A DNA stretch of 64,000 bases from Monocercomonoides exilis PA203 (lineage: Eukaryota; Protista; Preaxostyla), in contig LSRY02000032.1 in NCBI GenBank assembly GCA_001643675.2, positions 992,001-1,056,000 of the forward strand, given 5' to 3'. Both the position numbers and the translations under genes were made by a program. The notes beneath the pieces are model-generated. The model saw nothing but the letters and a program-made list of their open reading frames with translations, was not told where the DNA came from and ran no database searches. Positions 36,901 to 49,700 of the stretch are shown here, piece by piece; position 1 is the stretch's first letter; every line of letters starts with the position of its first letter.

Positions 36901-39900
36901 GGACGAGATTAAGCACAAGGAAGCAGAGGATGAAGACGGAAATGCTGAAGAAAGAGAGAAAGGAGATGATGGTGAGATAGAGAAGATTGTACCAGAGGGA
37001 GAGAAGAAAGCGAAGGAAAGCTATGTTGTGCTGCTGTGCGGCAACGAAGAGACTCCACAGAACAAAAGAGTGAATCGACTGGCAAAAGCGCTGACCGAAA
37101 GCGGATTCGCTGTGTATCGAATGTATTTCAGTGAAAATGGATCCGGATTTGATGGAAAGAAGAAGATCGCTCGGGTGAGGATGGTGGAGAAAGAAGACTA
37201 CGAAAAAGCGCTGACACAAATTGCAGAGGCTGCTTCGAAATCTGGACGAAATGTTTGTGCAGCCATCATTCATGGAGCATTACTGAATGACGAGACACTT
37301 CTTGCAGCTGAAGGCGCAACAGAAGCTACACTTCACAAAGTTCAATATGATGGATGCTTGTCTGCACTTCAGATTGTGCAGTCCATTATGACTCAAACTG
37401 CTCCTCCTCGTCTGTTTATTCTGACAGCAGGAGCACATGATATCAAGTGCAGAAACAATGAAGCAGCAGCACTTGTTCAACCAGGTGCGTTCTCTATGTG
37501 GGGCTTTGGAGGAGTTGTGCAGAGCGAATGCCCAACATTGCGTGCAACGTTGATTGACTTCACAAACACCGGAAAGGACGAACTGGACGAAGAAGAAGCT
37601 AAAACATTTGCACAGCTGGTGACAGTTGGCTCGCTTCAACAGAATGTGATTGCATCGATTGCAGCAGCAGACAGTGAAGCGTTGAGAGAGGAAGAAAATT
37701 CATCAGCATCGAATGAAAAGAAAGAAACAGCCAACAATGGAACAGCATCATCACCTGCAATGCTTGCACTCGAACAGAATATTGCTCTCTCGCACAATCG
37801 TGTCTTTGTGGATCGAATTGCAAAGGCACAACGTCCAGTTATTCCAATTTCAACAGAAATGGCTGGCTTCGATTCACCGCTAGCATGGAGACTGGAGATT
37901 GGCAAGCCAGGCAATCTGCAGACTCTCCGTGCTGTGGAGATTCCTCCAATTTCAGCAGATAAATGCGATCCAGTTACACACAGACGAAACCCAGAAGCTG
38001 AAGAGCTGGAGCTGAAGGTGTATGCAGTTGGAGTGAACTTCCGAGATGTTCTGAAGTCGATGGGGCTGTATCCAGCAGAATTTGACGAGACACTTTATTT
38101 GGGAGCTGAATGCTCAGGTATTGTGACAAAGGTTGGAAAGGATGTGAAGAGCGTGAAAGTGGGTGATCGTGTTGTTGTTTGTGCATCTTCGTGCTTTGCG
38201 TCATATGTCATTGCGAAGGAGGCCTACACAGCTGTTATTCCAGAGAACATCTCGTTTGAAGAGGCTGCATCGCTTCTGGGTCCGTTTTTGACTGCTCATT
38301 ACGGACTGGTGACTGAAGCTCGCATCAAAAAGGGAGAAAAAGTGCTGGTGCATCTGGGATCTGGTGGTGTTGGTATGGCAGCGATCATCATCTGCAACTA
38401 CTTTGGATGCGAGGTGTTTACCACAGCTGGGTCGCCAAAGAAACAAGAAGTTGTGACAAAACCTCCATTCAACGTGAAGCCTGAAAACGTGTTCAGCTCT
38501 CGAACGCTGGCATTTGTGGATGGAATTCGTGAGAGGACAAACGGAAGAGGAGTAGATGTGGTGTTGAACTCACTGACTGGTGAAGGGCTGGAAGAAGGCT
38601 TCAGATTGTTGGCACCACGCGGACGATTTGTGGAGATTGGCAAAAGAGACATTTACAACAACTCGCGAATTGGAATGCAGCCATTTGCACATAATGTGAA
38701 ACTGATAACTGTTGCTATGGACGGATTATTTGATAAGCACACAGAGGTTTCTTCGAATGTTATGCATGATGTTATGGATCTCTTTGCAACTAAAGCTTAC
38801 ACTCCAATTCCATACATTGCATATCCAATAAGCGATGTGACGTCCGCTTTCTTGCTGATGGCTGGAGCAAAGCACATTGGAAAGATTGTGTTGACATTGC
38901 ACGATGCTCCTGCTATTCCTGTGGAAATGCGTCCAATTCGCTCTCTGACTGCGAAGGAGGATGTGGATGACGGTGCATTCGTTGTGACAGGAGGATTGGG
39001 TGGCCTTGGCCAAGCTCTTCTTCGATGGCTGGCTCAGCGAGGAGCCACACAGCTGGCTGTTCTGGAGATGCGAAGTGAAGAAGAGATGAGAGAAAGAGAC
39101 AAGACAAACACGATTGGCCGATGCTTGGACTCTCTTCGTCACCACGGATGCCGAGTGGAGGTGTTTGTGACAGATGTGTCAGACAAAGCGAAGTGCAAGG
39201 CAGCAGTTGATGCTGCACGGAAGTCATTTGGAAAGATTGTTGGAGTGTTCCATCTGGCTGGCATCATCGACGACTGCCTCATCGACCAGCTGGACGTCAA
39301 GCGATTCCTGCGTGTGTGTGCCCCGAAGATTGCAGGAGGATGGAATCTGCACGAAGCAACACTACCCGACAAGCAGACACTGCGATACTTTGTGCTGTTT
39401 TCGTCTGTTGCAGCTATTCTTGGACAGCCAGGACAGACAAATTATGCTGCTGCAAACTCATTCTTGAACGGTCTTGCACAATATCGAAGATCTGCTGGTC
39501 TGCCTGTGACATGTTTGAATTGGGGTCCGTTGAGTGGAGCTGGAATGATGGCGCGAAATGAGGAGCTGACAAAAGCAACAGAAGCACAAGGCATCCACAT
39601 GATCACAATCAAACAGATGCTGACTGCAATGCACATCATCATTGACAGAGATCTGAAGCTGCACAAAGAACCAGCAAAGAAAGAGAAAGGAGAAAAGAAT
39701 GAAGAGACAGCAGAAAGGAATTGCTCAGAGTGGTCGACTGGAGTGCTGCAGGTTGACTGGGAAAGGTGGTTCAGCCGCAACCCATTTGCTGCGAGATCAC
39801 CTCGTTTCTCATATCTTTCATCGAATTCTGCGCAGGCAAGCCATTCAGCCGCACTGAAGCTGAGGAAAGCAGTGCTGAGCGAACAGAACGAAGAGAAGCA

Positions 39901-41089
39901 AATAGCAATGCTGGGAGAGGTGCTGACACGACTGGTGAGTGCAGTGACTGGACTGGCTGAATCAGCAATTCCGGCAGAGCGACCTTTGAACGAAATGGGC
40001 TTGGATTCGATGGTGGCAGTTGAATTGAGAGCACGGATGGACCAGGAGATCGGATATTCAGTTCCAATTGTGACATTCGTGCAGGGTGCATCTGTGAAGG
40101 CTGTGTGCGAAAACATTCTGGAGCAGATGAAAGGCTCTTCACAGTCTTCATCTTCCTCTGCCTCTGCCTCTGCCTCATCATCTGCTTCATCGTCTTCTGC
40201 TTCGAGTAGCGCAGGTGCGAAGAGCGAAGCGATGGTGGAGCTGACGAAGGGATCAGGAGCAGTCTATGCTATTGTGTGCCAAGCAGGTGGAGTGGCATCT
40301 TCAATGAACGGACTTGCAAATCATATGACACAAATGCTGAAGAGAGGCGTGGTGGCATTTGAAGATCCATCACTTTATGGAACAGCAGCTCCATTCAAGT
40401 CAGTGAAGGAAATGGCCACACAGTACATTGCACTGCTGAAGGAGAAGCAACCGAAAGGCCCATATTCATTGTGCGGATTCTCATTTGGTGGCTTTGTGGC
40501 ACAAGAAATGGCACATCAGCTGATCGAGAAAGGCGAAGAGGTGGCAACACTGTCGCTGGTGGATCCTCCATCACCATCTCTGTGTGGTGCGAAGACAACG
40601 AGAGGAAGATCAGAGACATGTGCTGTGCTGTTGATGGCAGCCGGAGTGAAAGGAACAGCAAAGGTGAACGACAGTGTGGCAAAGCGAGTGATGAAGCGGT
40701 TGAGCGAAGTGAAGGAGGATAGCAGCGAGGCAAGATGGAGCGTGTGTGTGGAAGAGCTGAAGAAGATTGGAGTGATCACAAGGCCAGGAGAGGAAACAGT
40801 GCTGAAGAAGACTTGGACAGTTATTGCCAACGAGATTGAACTGCTTCCATCACATCACCCAGATATCATTGCTGGAAGCAGTGGATCAACAACTAAATGC
40901 ATATTGTACCAGCCGCAGCAGAACAAGAAGTTTGTGAAGGACTTGTTGCTTCTGGACGAGGCAGAGAGCGAGTGGCGCAAGATTATTCCATCTCTTCAGG
41001 CTGTGCCTATTCCTGGAGATCATTGGACAATCATCGGTGCAGAACTTATGGACGAGACAGCTGATCTGCTGGCAAAGGCGGAACAGTGA
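24933..41089 (+). CDS. Modular type I polyketide / fatty-acid synthase: FAAL-ACP | KS-AT-KR-ACP | KS-AT-DH-ER-KR-ACP | TE (~5,300 aa; two 5' introns and one 15.7-kb exon)
   Basis: FAAL: FLQYTSGSTGIPKG, WLPLYHDMGLIG, YGLAEATL, LRTGDLGF, KTTSGKIQR. ACPs: GISS, GLDS, GLDS. KS1: DTACSSS/HGTGT/KSNIGH. KS2: DSACSSS/HGTGT/KSRIGH. ATs: GHSIG and SAFH. KR1: GGFGGFG/YASAN. DH: HYVIGAVLVP and DSSLQ. ER: NFRDVL and LVHLGSGGVG. KR2: GGLGGLG/IDD/YAAAN. TE: GFSFGG and GDH. Intron 25270-25388 joins ORF 25044-25289 to the 5228-aa ORF in frame. The 24933 start is tentative. Confidence 0.95.
29474..30059 (+). repeat. 586-bp direct repeat, copy 1 (AT1 core)
   Basis: Identical on visual comparison to 34832-35417 (offset 5358). 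The ORF track shows matching incidental ORFs in both copies. Confidence 0.92.
34832..35417 (+). repeat. 586-bp direct repeat, copy 2 (AT2 core)
   Basis: Identical on visual comparison to 29474-30059. Confidence 0.92.
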
Positions 41090-41483
41090 GCTTATTTAAA
41101 GGAGGGTTGTGACTAACGATGCGCTCTGCATTGCTCGTTTAATAATGGCAAACACACTCTATTCAATTATATAATTTTTTGTTCCAAAAATTTAATGTTT
41201 TCGTTTGTATTTATAATATAATACAGTTTTTGCCATGACTGGATTTGCGGAGATGGCTGTTTAGCAGATTCGAACGCAAAATGCCAGGACATTTCGTTTC
41301 TTTTATGGCAAATTCTGATCCTTTCTTTCACAAGCACACTTCTTCGGCATCTCAAAAAATAATAGTAAATAATCATTTTTTTCAATCAGTCTTTTTTTTG
41401 CTTTGAAGTGTGAAATGTTTTTTTTTTTTAAAAAAAATATGAAATGAATTTAAAGAGAAAAGCAACTTTTAACAAATTATCTG

Positions 41484-42820
<1,337 letters not shown>

Positions 42821-43787
42821 AGAAAAAATTGATCAAGAAATAATATATTAATTATTTTTTTCACTTCTCAAAGATATAAAAAAATGTGTTCGAAAAAACG
42901 CTTATTGAAGGAATATCAAAATATCTCTTTTTATACTAAATTTGCATCTTTTATCATTAACACAGTCATATTCAAAAATTATAACAAAAATGAGAATCAA
43001 AGAGACAACACGAATTAACAAAATAATTAAAAATAAAACAATTTTTTGATAAATGTCTCATTCATACACAAAAATACTCAACATTCATTTTTTATGATTT
43101 TGACCTATGATAAATGCTCATTCATTATTTCTTATTCATTTGATTGAATAAAAACATATTAACAATTATTGAAAAAATACACGCGGCATTAAAGGCAAAA
43201 ACAGAACATTATTTTTATGATTTCATTTCCGTTAATTTTAATAAAAGAGGTTTTCTGTTTAATTTTTTACAAAAATTAAGAAATGATTGAAAGATTTTTT
43301 TGTTTATTGATGAACAAGCTAATTTTCAAAAACATGTTTGATAACGCAGAATTTTCAGCGTTTTTGAAAGAGTCATTTCTCGTGATTTTTGAGCAAAATT
43401 TTCAGTGAAAAATCAATGTACATTAAGTTTCATTTAACAAGAAAATTTATAAAAGAAAATAGGTATATTTTTCGAGCAACTGATTCACTTTTTTGTAATT
43501 CCTTCTTGTAATAAGCTTAAATATAATATTTTGATCGATATTCAAAGCAAATATGAAGTGAACTATCTATTTTGAGAAAAGAAAGGACGCAAGAGATTAA
43601 ACTTAAACAAAAAATTGGAATGAGAAATAAAACATTTCAAAAAACTTTTTTCTTCAAAATTATTTTTCTGATCCAATAGGTGTAATATATATAACTAATT
43701 TTTCGTCAACAAACCATTTGCGACATCAAGCAAACAAAATTGATTTTGTTTTTTTATTTAGAAGGATATATTTCCTTGACTTATATT

Positions 43788-46700
43788 ATGTTATTGTTGC
43801 TTTGTATTTGCTGTTTTTATGGCGTTGTTAGCTGTAACGAGATAAACAATTGTTTTTTGAAAGATTTTGGCGATGAAAAGAAATCAGAAAGTTTAACCAC
43901 TTTCACAAAACCACAAATAGCTGATGCACACATTCTGTTCTACAATGCTTCTTCTGCGATGATTCATGTTGATTTTTGGACTGTTCATTCGGAAGATCAT
44001 GTGTTTGTTGTTGATGAAAAGTCCAAAACGAAGTTGGTCGATATCCGCTTTTGCATGAAGCACTCTTGTCCACAGCACACCCTTTTCTTGTCGAATGGCT
44101 TTGTTTGGGCATCGAATCTGAGTTTCGTTTCATTCGATTGCAGATGCTCAATTCCATCGATTGTCTCCTCTGCTCCAGGATTTGAGAGCCAAAATGAAGG
44201 GAAAACTGTCTTGGAATGCAGTGCAATCAGTTCACATGTGATTTCAACAACATGCCCCTTTGTGGGTGATTGTGGCACTTCATTTGTGTCTTTGGAGGAT
44301 TGCCACTTTTTCAATGTCACACAACAGAAAAGAGTGAAAACTGTTTCTTTGTCCAATACAAAAGCGATTGTTGACAGCTGTGATTTTTCGGATATGACAA
44401 CACCATATTATGGATGCATTGTCAGTGGATTGCTTTCAACAGGAGGTTTTGCAGTGTTCAACACATCTTTTCGAAAATGCAGTTACAGCAAAACTGTTGT
44501 CAATACAGTTACAACAAATGGAACAGAACCTGTGTTTTTCTCTGACACTTATTTCAATTGCAAATCTGAAAATGATGGAGGTGCCATTTATCATCGCATT
44601 AACTATCCAATGACAATTGAGAGATGTATGTTCTTTGAATGCAATTCTTCTTTGAATGGAGGAGCAATAAGATCCAACAATGATCCAGCACTTTATGCAT
44701 TAACCATCAACAATACAATTGGTGAAAAATGTGCTGCCACTCTTGTTGGAGGGTTTTTAGTGAGTGATTATCAGAAAAACATGCAAATGCGAAACACAAA
44801 CATTTCTGATTCACATGGAAAAGAATGTGGGTGTGTGTATTTGAATCGGTATCCTGGAAATGTTTCAATTTCATGTTGTTATTTGAATAATTGTTCTGAA
44901 GAAGGAGATAGAATACCTTTGAGTTCAGGAGGCATTTTGATTGGAGATGGACACAACGTGTCAATTAGTGATTGCAGTCTAACAAAATGCTCTGGTCTAA
45001 CAGTTGGAGGCATTTGCTTTTGGGGAGATAAAGATTGGGGTGGCGATTATACAGGGGTTGTGATGTTTTGCTTCTTTGAAGAAAACTCAGCCAGAAATGG
45101 AGGAAAAGATGTTTCAGTAATGGGGGAGTGGGTTGAGAATGCAGACCAGTCAATGTTGATTGAATGCCGATCAAAAACATTGGGATCGAATCGAGTGATG
45201 CATGGGGAAAGTGATGTGAGTGAGTGGATTCCATATTTTTATTCTGGAGCGTTGTATGTGAACAGCGAGACTGGAGATGACAACGAGGCTTGTGGAAAGA
45301 ATGAAAGGAAGTGCAGGACAGTGGGCTATATCCCTGTGTTGGTTGATCCGCAAAAAGCAGAAAGCACAAGAGTGGTGATTGAGTCACCGAGGATTGCAGA
45401 GCATGGCTGCAATGTGGCAAACAAGAAAATAGAAATTGTTGGGAGCACAGGTGGAGAGCTGACAATAACAACTGCTCTCGCATCTACTTCACTATTTTCA
45501 GTTGTGGATGGACATTTGAGCACAAACTCGATTCAGATCATTCATGATGCTACACAATCGACAGCAGATTCATTGGTGTTCCTTTTGGAAGGATCAGGGT
45601 CACTCCATGTGGATGGTTGCACCCTCACGTCAGGGAGCGGACACTCTGAGTCAAATGCATTCTCCAGCTCGATGATAATGCTGAAAGGAGGCGAGGCCAC
45701 AGTCGAAAACACTCACATCTCGTCATTCTGGCTGCTGGATGCATCGTGTATTTTGCTTTGTGGATCGTGCTCAATGAGAGTCTCGAACTGCACACTGGAG
45801 AAGATTGTCCGAAACGGAGGAGAAGGTGGAGGCATTTCTGCAACCATTAAATCTGGTTGTGAGCTTGAAATATGTGAATGTGCATTTGACAATTGCACAG
45901 CAAAAGAAGGAAATGGAGGAGGGGTGAAAGTTGTTCTGGAAAGGGGAGGAAGCCTTGTTATTGGTGAATCGACAAATGCCACATCATTTTCTGTGTGTTC
46001 TGCACAAAGAGCCAATGGAAAAGGAGGATTTGGAGGTGGGCTGTGCATCTCCAGCATGGCCGAAGATGTGTCGCTCAGTCTGATCAACCTCGAATTTGCA
46101 GACAACAGTGGATCAGTGGGAAGGGATGTTTATGCTTCATTGAAGGATCTCAGGACAAAAGTGAACAATGAGACATTTTCATGGGCATTTTTCATCGAGT
46201 CGGAAAAACGGGAGAACTCGCTGTGTGGAGTTGATGGAAACTTTTTCGAAAACGATGTGGATCTCTTCATCTTCATCACAGGGCTTCAATCAACAACAAT
46301 CGGCACAAGTGGTAGTGAAGGCGAAAATGCCATATACTGTGGAAATGATGTTCCCTGCAAAACACTGGATTATTCCATTCAGCAAGCTGCGGGTATTGGA
46401 GAGTTGACAATCACGATCCATTTGTCAACCACACTGTCTTCGGAGACTGTTCTGAACTCTCACACAATAAAGTCAGGCAGCGACTCAGAATGCAATCTTG
46501 TTGTTAACTCATCACTTGAAGGGCAGACAGGAAAAGTGATCTCGACAACAGGAGTGCTGAAGTTGAACAAGATTGCGTTTTCGATTCCTTCATCGTTTGT
46601 CCATTCACAGAACACGCTGATTCATTCGCATTCAACAGCAAGCGAACTCACAGTCAATGGCTGCCAATTTGTGAACCAAACATCAGCTCCCATCTCGTAT

Positions 46701-49700
46701 GTGCTGTTTGATGTTTCTGAAGGAAAACTCAGAATGGAAGACATCACACTTTCATCGTTATCCTTTTCGGGAAAGGTGTTTGCAATCACCCCGTCTGTTG
46801 ATGCTGAGATCATCTCACTCAATGTGAGCAATTCAGAATTGGGCACAAATCCCTTGTTATCTGTTGATGGATCTGTGCAACCTCAGAATTCCCCATCAGC
46901 TCGCAACAGTGACCTCACACCGTCTTTGACTTTCAAAACATGCACATTTCGAGAAATAGATGTTTGTGAAGCAGATTGCTCGGGGATCATCTCGACTGGT
47001 GCCTCCATTCCCTTGTTGTTTGATGGATGCACATTTGTGAGCATTTCATCACCAACAAGTGTTGAAGGAGGAGCAATGAGGATCTCGGTTGAAGAGTCTG
47101 GGAGCTTTTCAATCAATGGAACGAGTGTGTGCCAAAAGTGCAGCTGCGAAAACAGAAGGGTTGGGAAGGGAGGCTTTCTTTGGATGCATTTCCCTGAAAG
47201 CCATGGAGACTTTGCTCTGGGGATGATGAGCCTGAAAGAGAACAGCGCATTCACTGGCCGTGATGTGTTTGTCACATGCAAGGACTTGCTTGAGATTGTT
47301 GATCCGTCATCCTTTTCGTTCGCTGCGGCAGTTGCCGAGTCTGAAAGAAGCAATTCTCTGGTGGGCACTGATTCATTTTGGTTTCATTCCCAGGATGAAG
47401 ATCTGTTTGATTTGGTTCTGGGATATCGAAGCCGAGTCATTTATGTGAACTCGACAAAAGGGATGAACCACATTGGATGTGGGAAACGCTCGTTCCAGTG
47501 CACAAGCGTTGACTATGGGATCACACGAGTGGCAGATGGCGAAGAAAGAAGGATTGAGATTGGCGAGGCGGGAAATGTGGGAGGTGAATTCGATCTTGTT
47601 CACCTCCTGATTGAGTCAAACAGCGAAGAAACAGCTGTTCTTTCTGTGAGTGGTGCCATTCCAAAAACGAGAGATTGCATTGTTGAGGTTGGAGATGGGG
47701 TTGTGAAAGATGTGGCATTCTCACTTCCAGGTGCCTTTGTGAATGGGCACGGCACCTTGTTTGCATTGCCATTTCCCACATCTGTGCTGACTCTCGAGGT
47801 ATGCTCCCTCGCCAGTTCTTCATCAACCACAATCTCATTCAATCTTGTTCTTCTCAATGGTGGGGATCTTGCTCTGAAGAACTGCAAAATAGAAAACATT
47901 GCATCAGCTGTTTCGCTTGTGGAAGTGCTCTATCAAGAGCATCCAAGCAACGAGGATGCGAAAGGACACAGCATTGTGTTTGATTCATGCTCATTTCTTT
48001 CGACAACAGAAACAGGGAACACAGCAAGCACAGCGAAGATTGATTCCTCAGACAGTGATGTGTCTGTGACAGTTAAGAATTCGACATTTTTGAAGTGCTG
48101 CGCAGACTCGAGCAGTTGTGGCGGGGCATTGTTTGTTGGATTGGGCAAAGGTTCCTCGCTGGAGGTGAACGATTCGAGCATGAGCCTGTGTGAGACAGCA
48201 GTCGGGAAAGGAGGAGGGATGTATCTGAACGGGGCAGATGCAGAGCATTCGCTCCTGCCATTTGTGATTTCGAATGTGACATTCTCGAGCAACAACGCAA
48301 TTGTCGGGCGCGACATGTTCATCCAGTGCGACAACTTGTCCACTCAGATCAGTGAGCGCCACTTCCTTCTAGATTTCAGAGAGCCTCCATTCAACAGACA
48401 CAACTCGATATGGGGAATGGATGCAGCACTTCCATCACACGATGTTGACATCATCCCCATGGTTGTGATGTATCAGAGCGAGCTGATATTTGTGAGTGGA
48501 ATTGCTTCTGGCGCTGCTGATGCGAAGTCATGTGGAAGTGTGTTCTCGCCATGCCGTTCGCTGTCGTATGGGGTGCTGCATGTGATCCCTTCGATCTACA
48601 GTCAAGTGATTGCAGAATCCGAGACAGCAGTCTCTGCAGAAGTGGTGTTCCGAGATGTGGCTGTGAAGAGCTCTTCATTGAACAGCCACTGCCGTGTGCT
48701 GCTGGGAGGCACAACAGCAAGTGAAACGAAGTATTCGGGATTAATGGAGTGCATGGGGAGTGTATCTTTCGAGAAGATGGATTTTCTCTTTTCTGAGGAA
48801 TATGCCTCGTCGCATGTGTCTGTGTTCAACATCCAGAATGGAGCCACCTCAATCATCTCATGCACATTCACAGGAAGTTCAGAAGCGATGGTGCTCAGCC
48901 AGACCCTTTTTGTTGTTTCAGCAGGGCTGTTGGATGTGCAAAAAGTGGTGTTTGACTCGCTCAACATACACAGCGATATTCTTCTCCTGAGTCCATCAGC
49001 AAGCACTTACATCAGTCAGATACAGGTCAAGGCGGTTGTTTCAGATTCTTCATTGGTTGTGGCAAATCAGGCAAGTGCAACGATGATTGATGTGGAAATC
49101 GACAATTCGTCATGGGGAAAAGGAATGATCACAGCCTCTTCATCGAATGTTTCTGTTTCGTCGTTGACTTACTCCTCTGTGGAGGCTGAAACAGTCATTG
49201 TTTCAGCTCATTCGAGCTTGTCGATTGAAAAGATAAAACTCATCAAATCAACAATCAAACAACATGCCATTCTGGTGGATTCATTGGATGGGCAGGTGAT
49301 TGTCAAGGAATTGTTTGTTGAAAACATCAAACTCTGCAGTGGAGGCGTTGTGTGTTGCACTTCTCGGCAGAATGATTTGACAGAAGGAAACGATGGATTG
49401 TGCAGCATAATGCAGGCATCGTTCAGCAACATCACATGTGCATCAAGTGTTGAATCAAAAACAGCAAGTGTTTTTGACTGCTTTTTGAGCAGATATCCGA
49501 TCCATCTGCAAAACTGCTCAGCTGTGAATTGCACTTCTCATCCAATGAAGGGAGCAATCGCCTCTTTCAACTGCTGTTCAAATGCTTCTTTCGATTTGTG
49601 TGTGTTTGATGGAAGTTCGTCAGCCAAAGATGAAGGCTGGAAAAGAAACGATGGAATGAATGGGGTGTGCATGTGGAATGAATCGATTGTGGGTCTGGTG

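Noticed and set aside
25554-40830. Dozens of short antisense and alternate-frame ORFs within the PKS
   Set aside because: They are shadow ORFs of a GC-richer coding exon with no recognisable motifs. The duplicated ones simply reflect the AT repeat.
24933-41089. PKS and pepF as bacterial contamination or a chimeric contig
   Set aside because: Both genes contain AT-rich GT-AG introns, the PKS has host-style Ser/Ala tracts, and both are contiguous with Nup93 and Cwc24.
24933-41089. Olefin synthase (Ols/CurM-like) or NRPS hybrid
   Set aside because: There is no sulfotransferase domain before the TE and no condensation domain. The adenylating domain has FAAL-type motifs.
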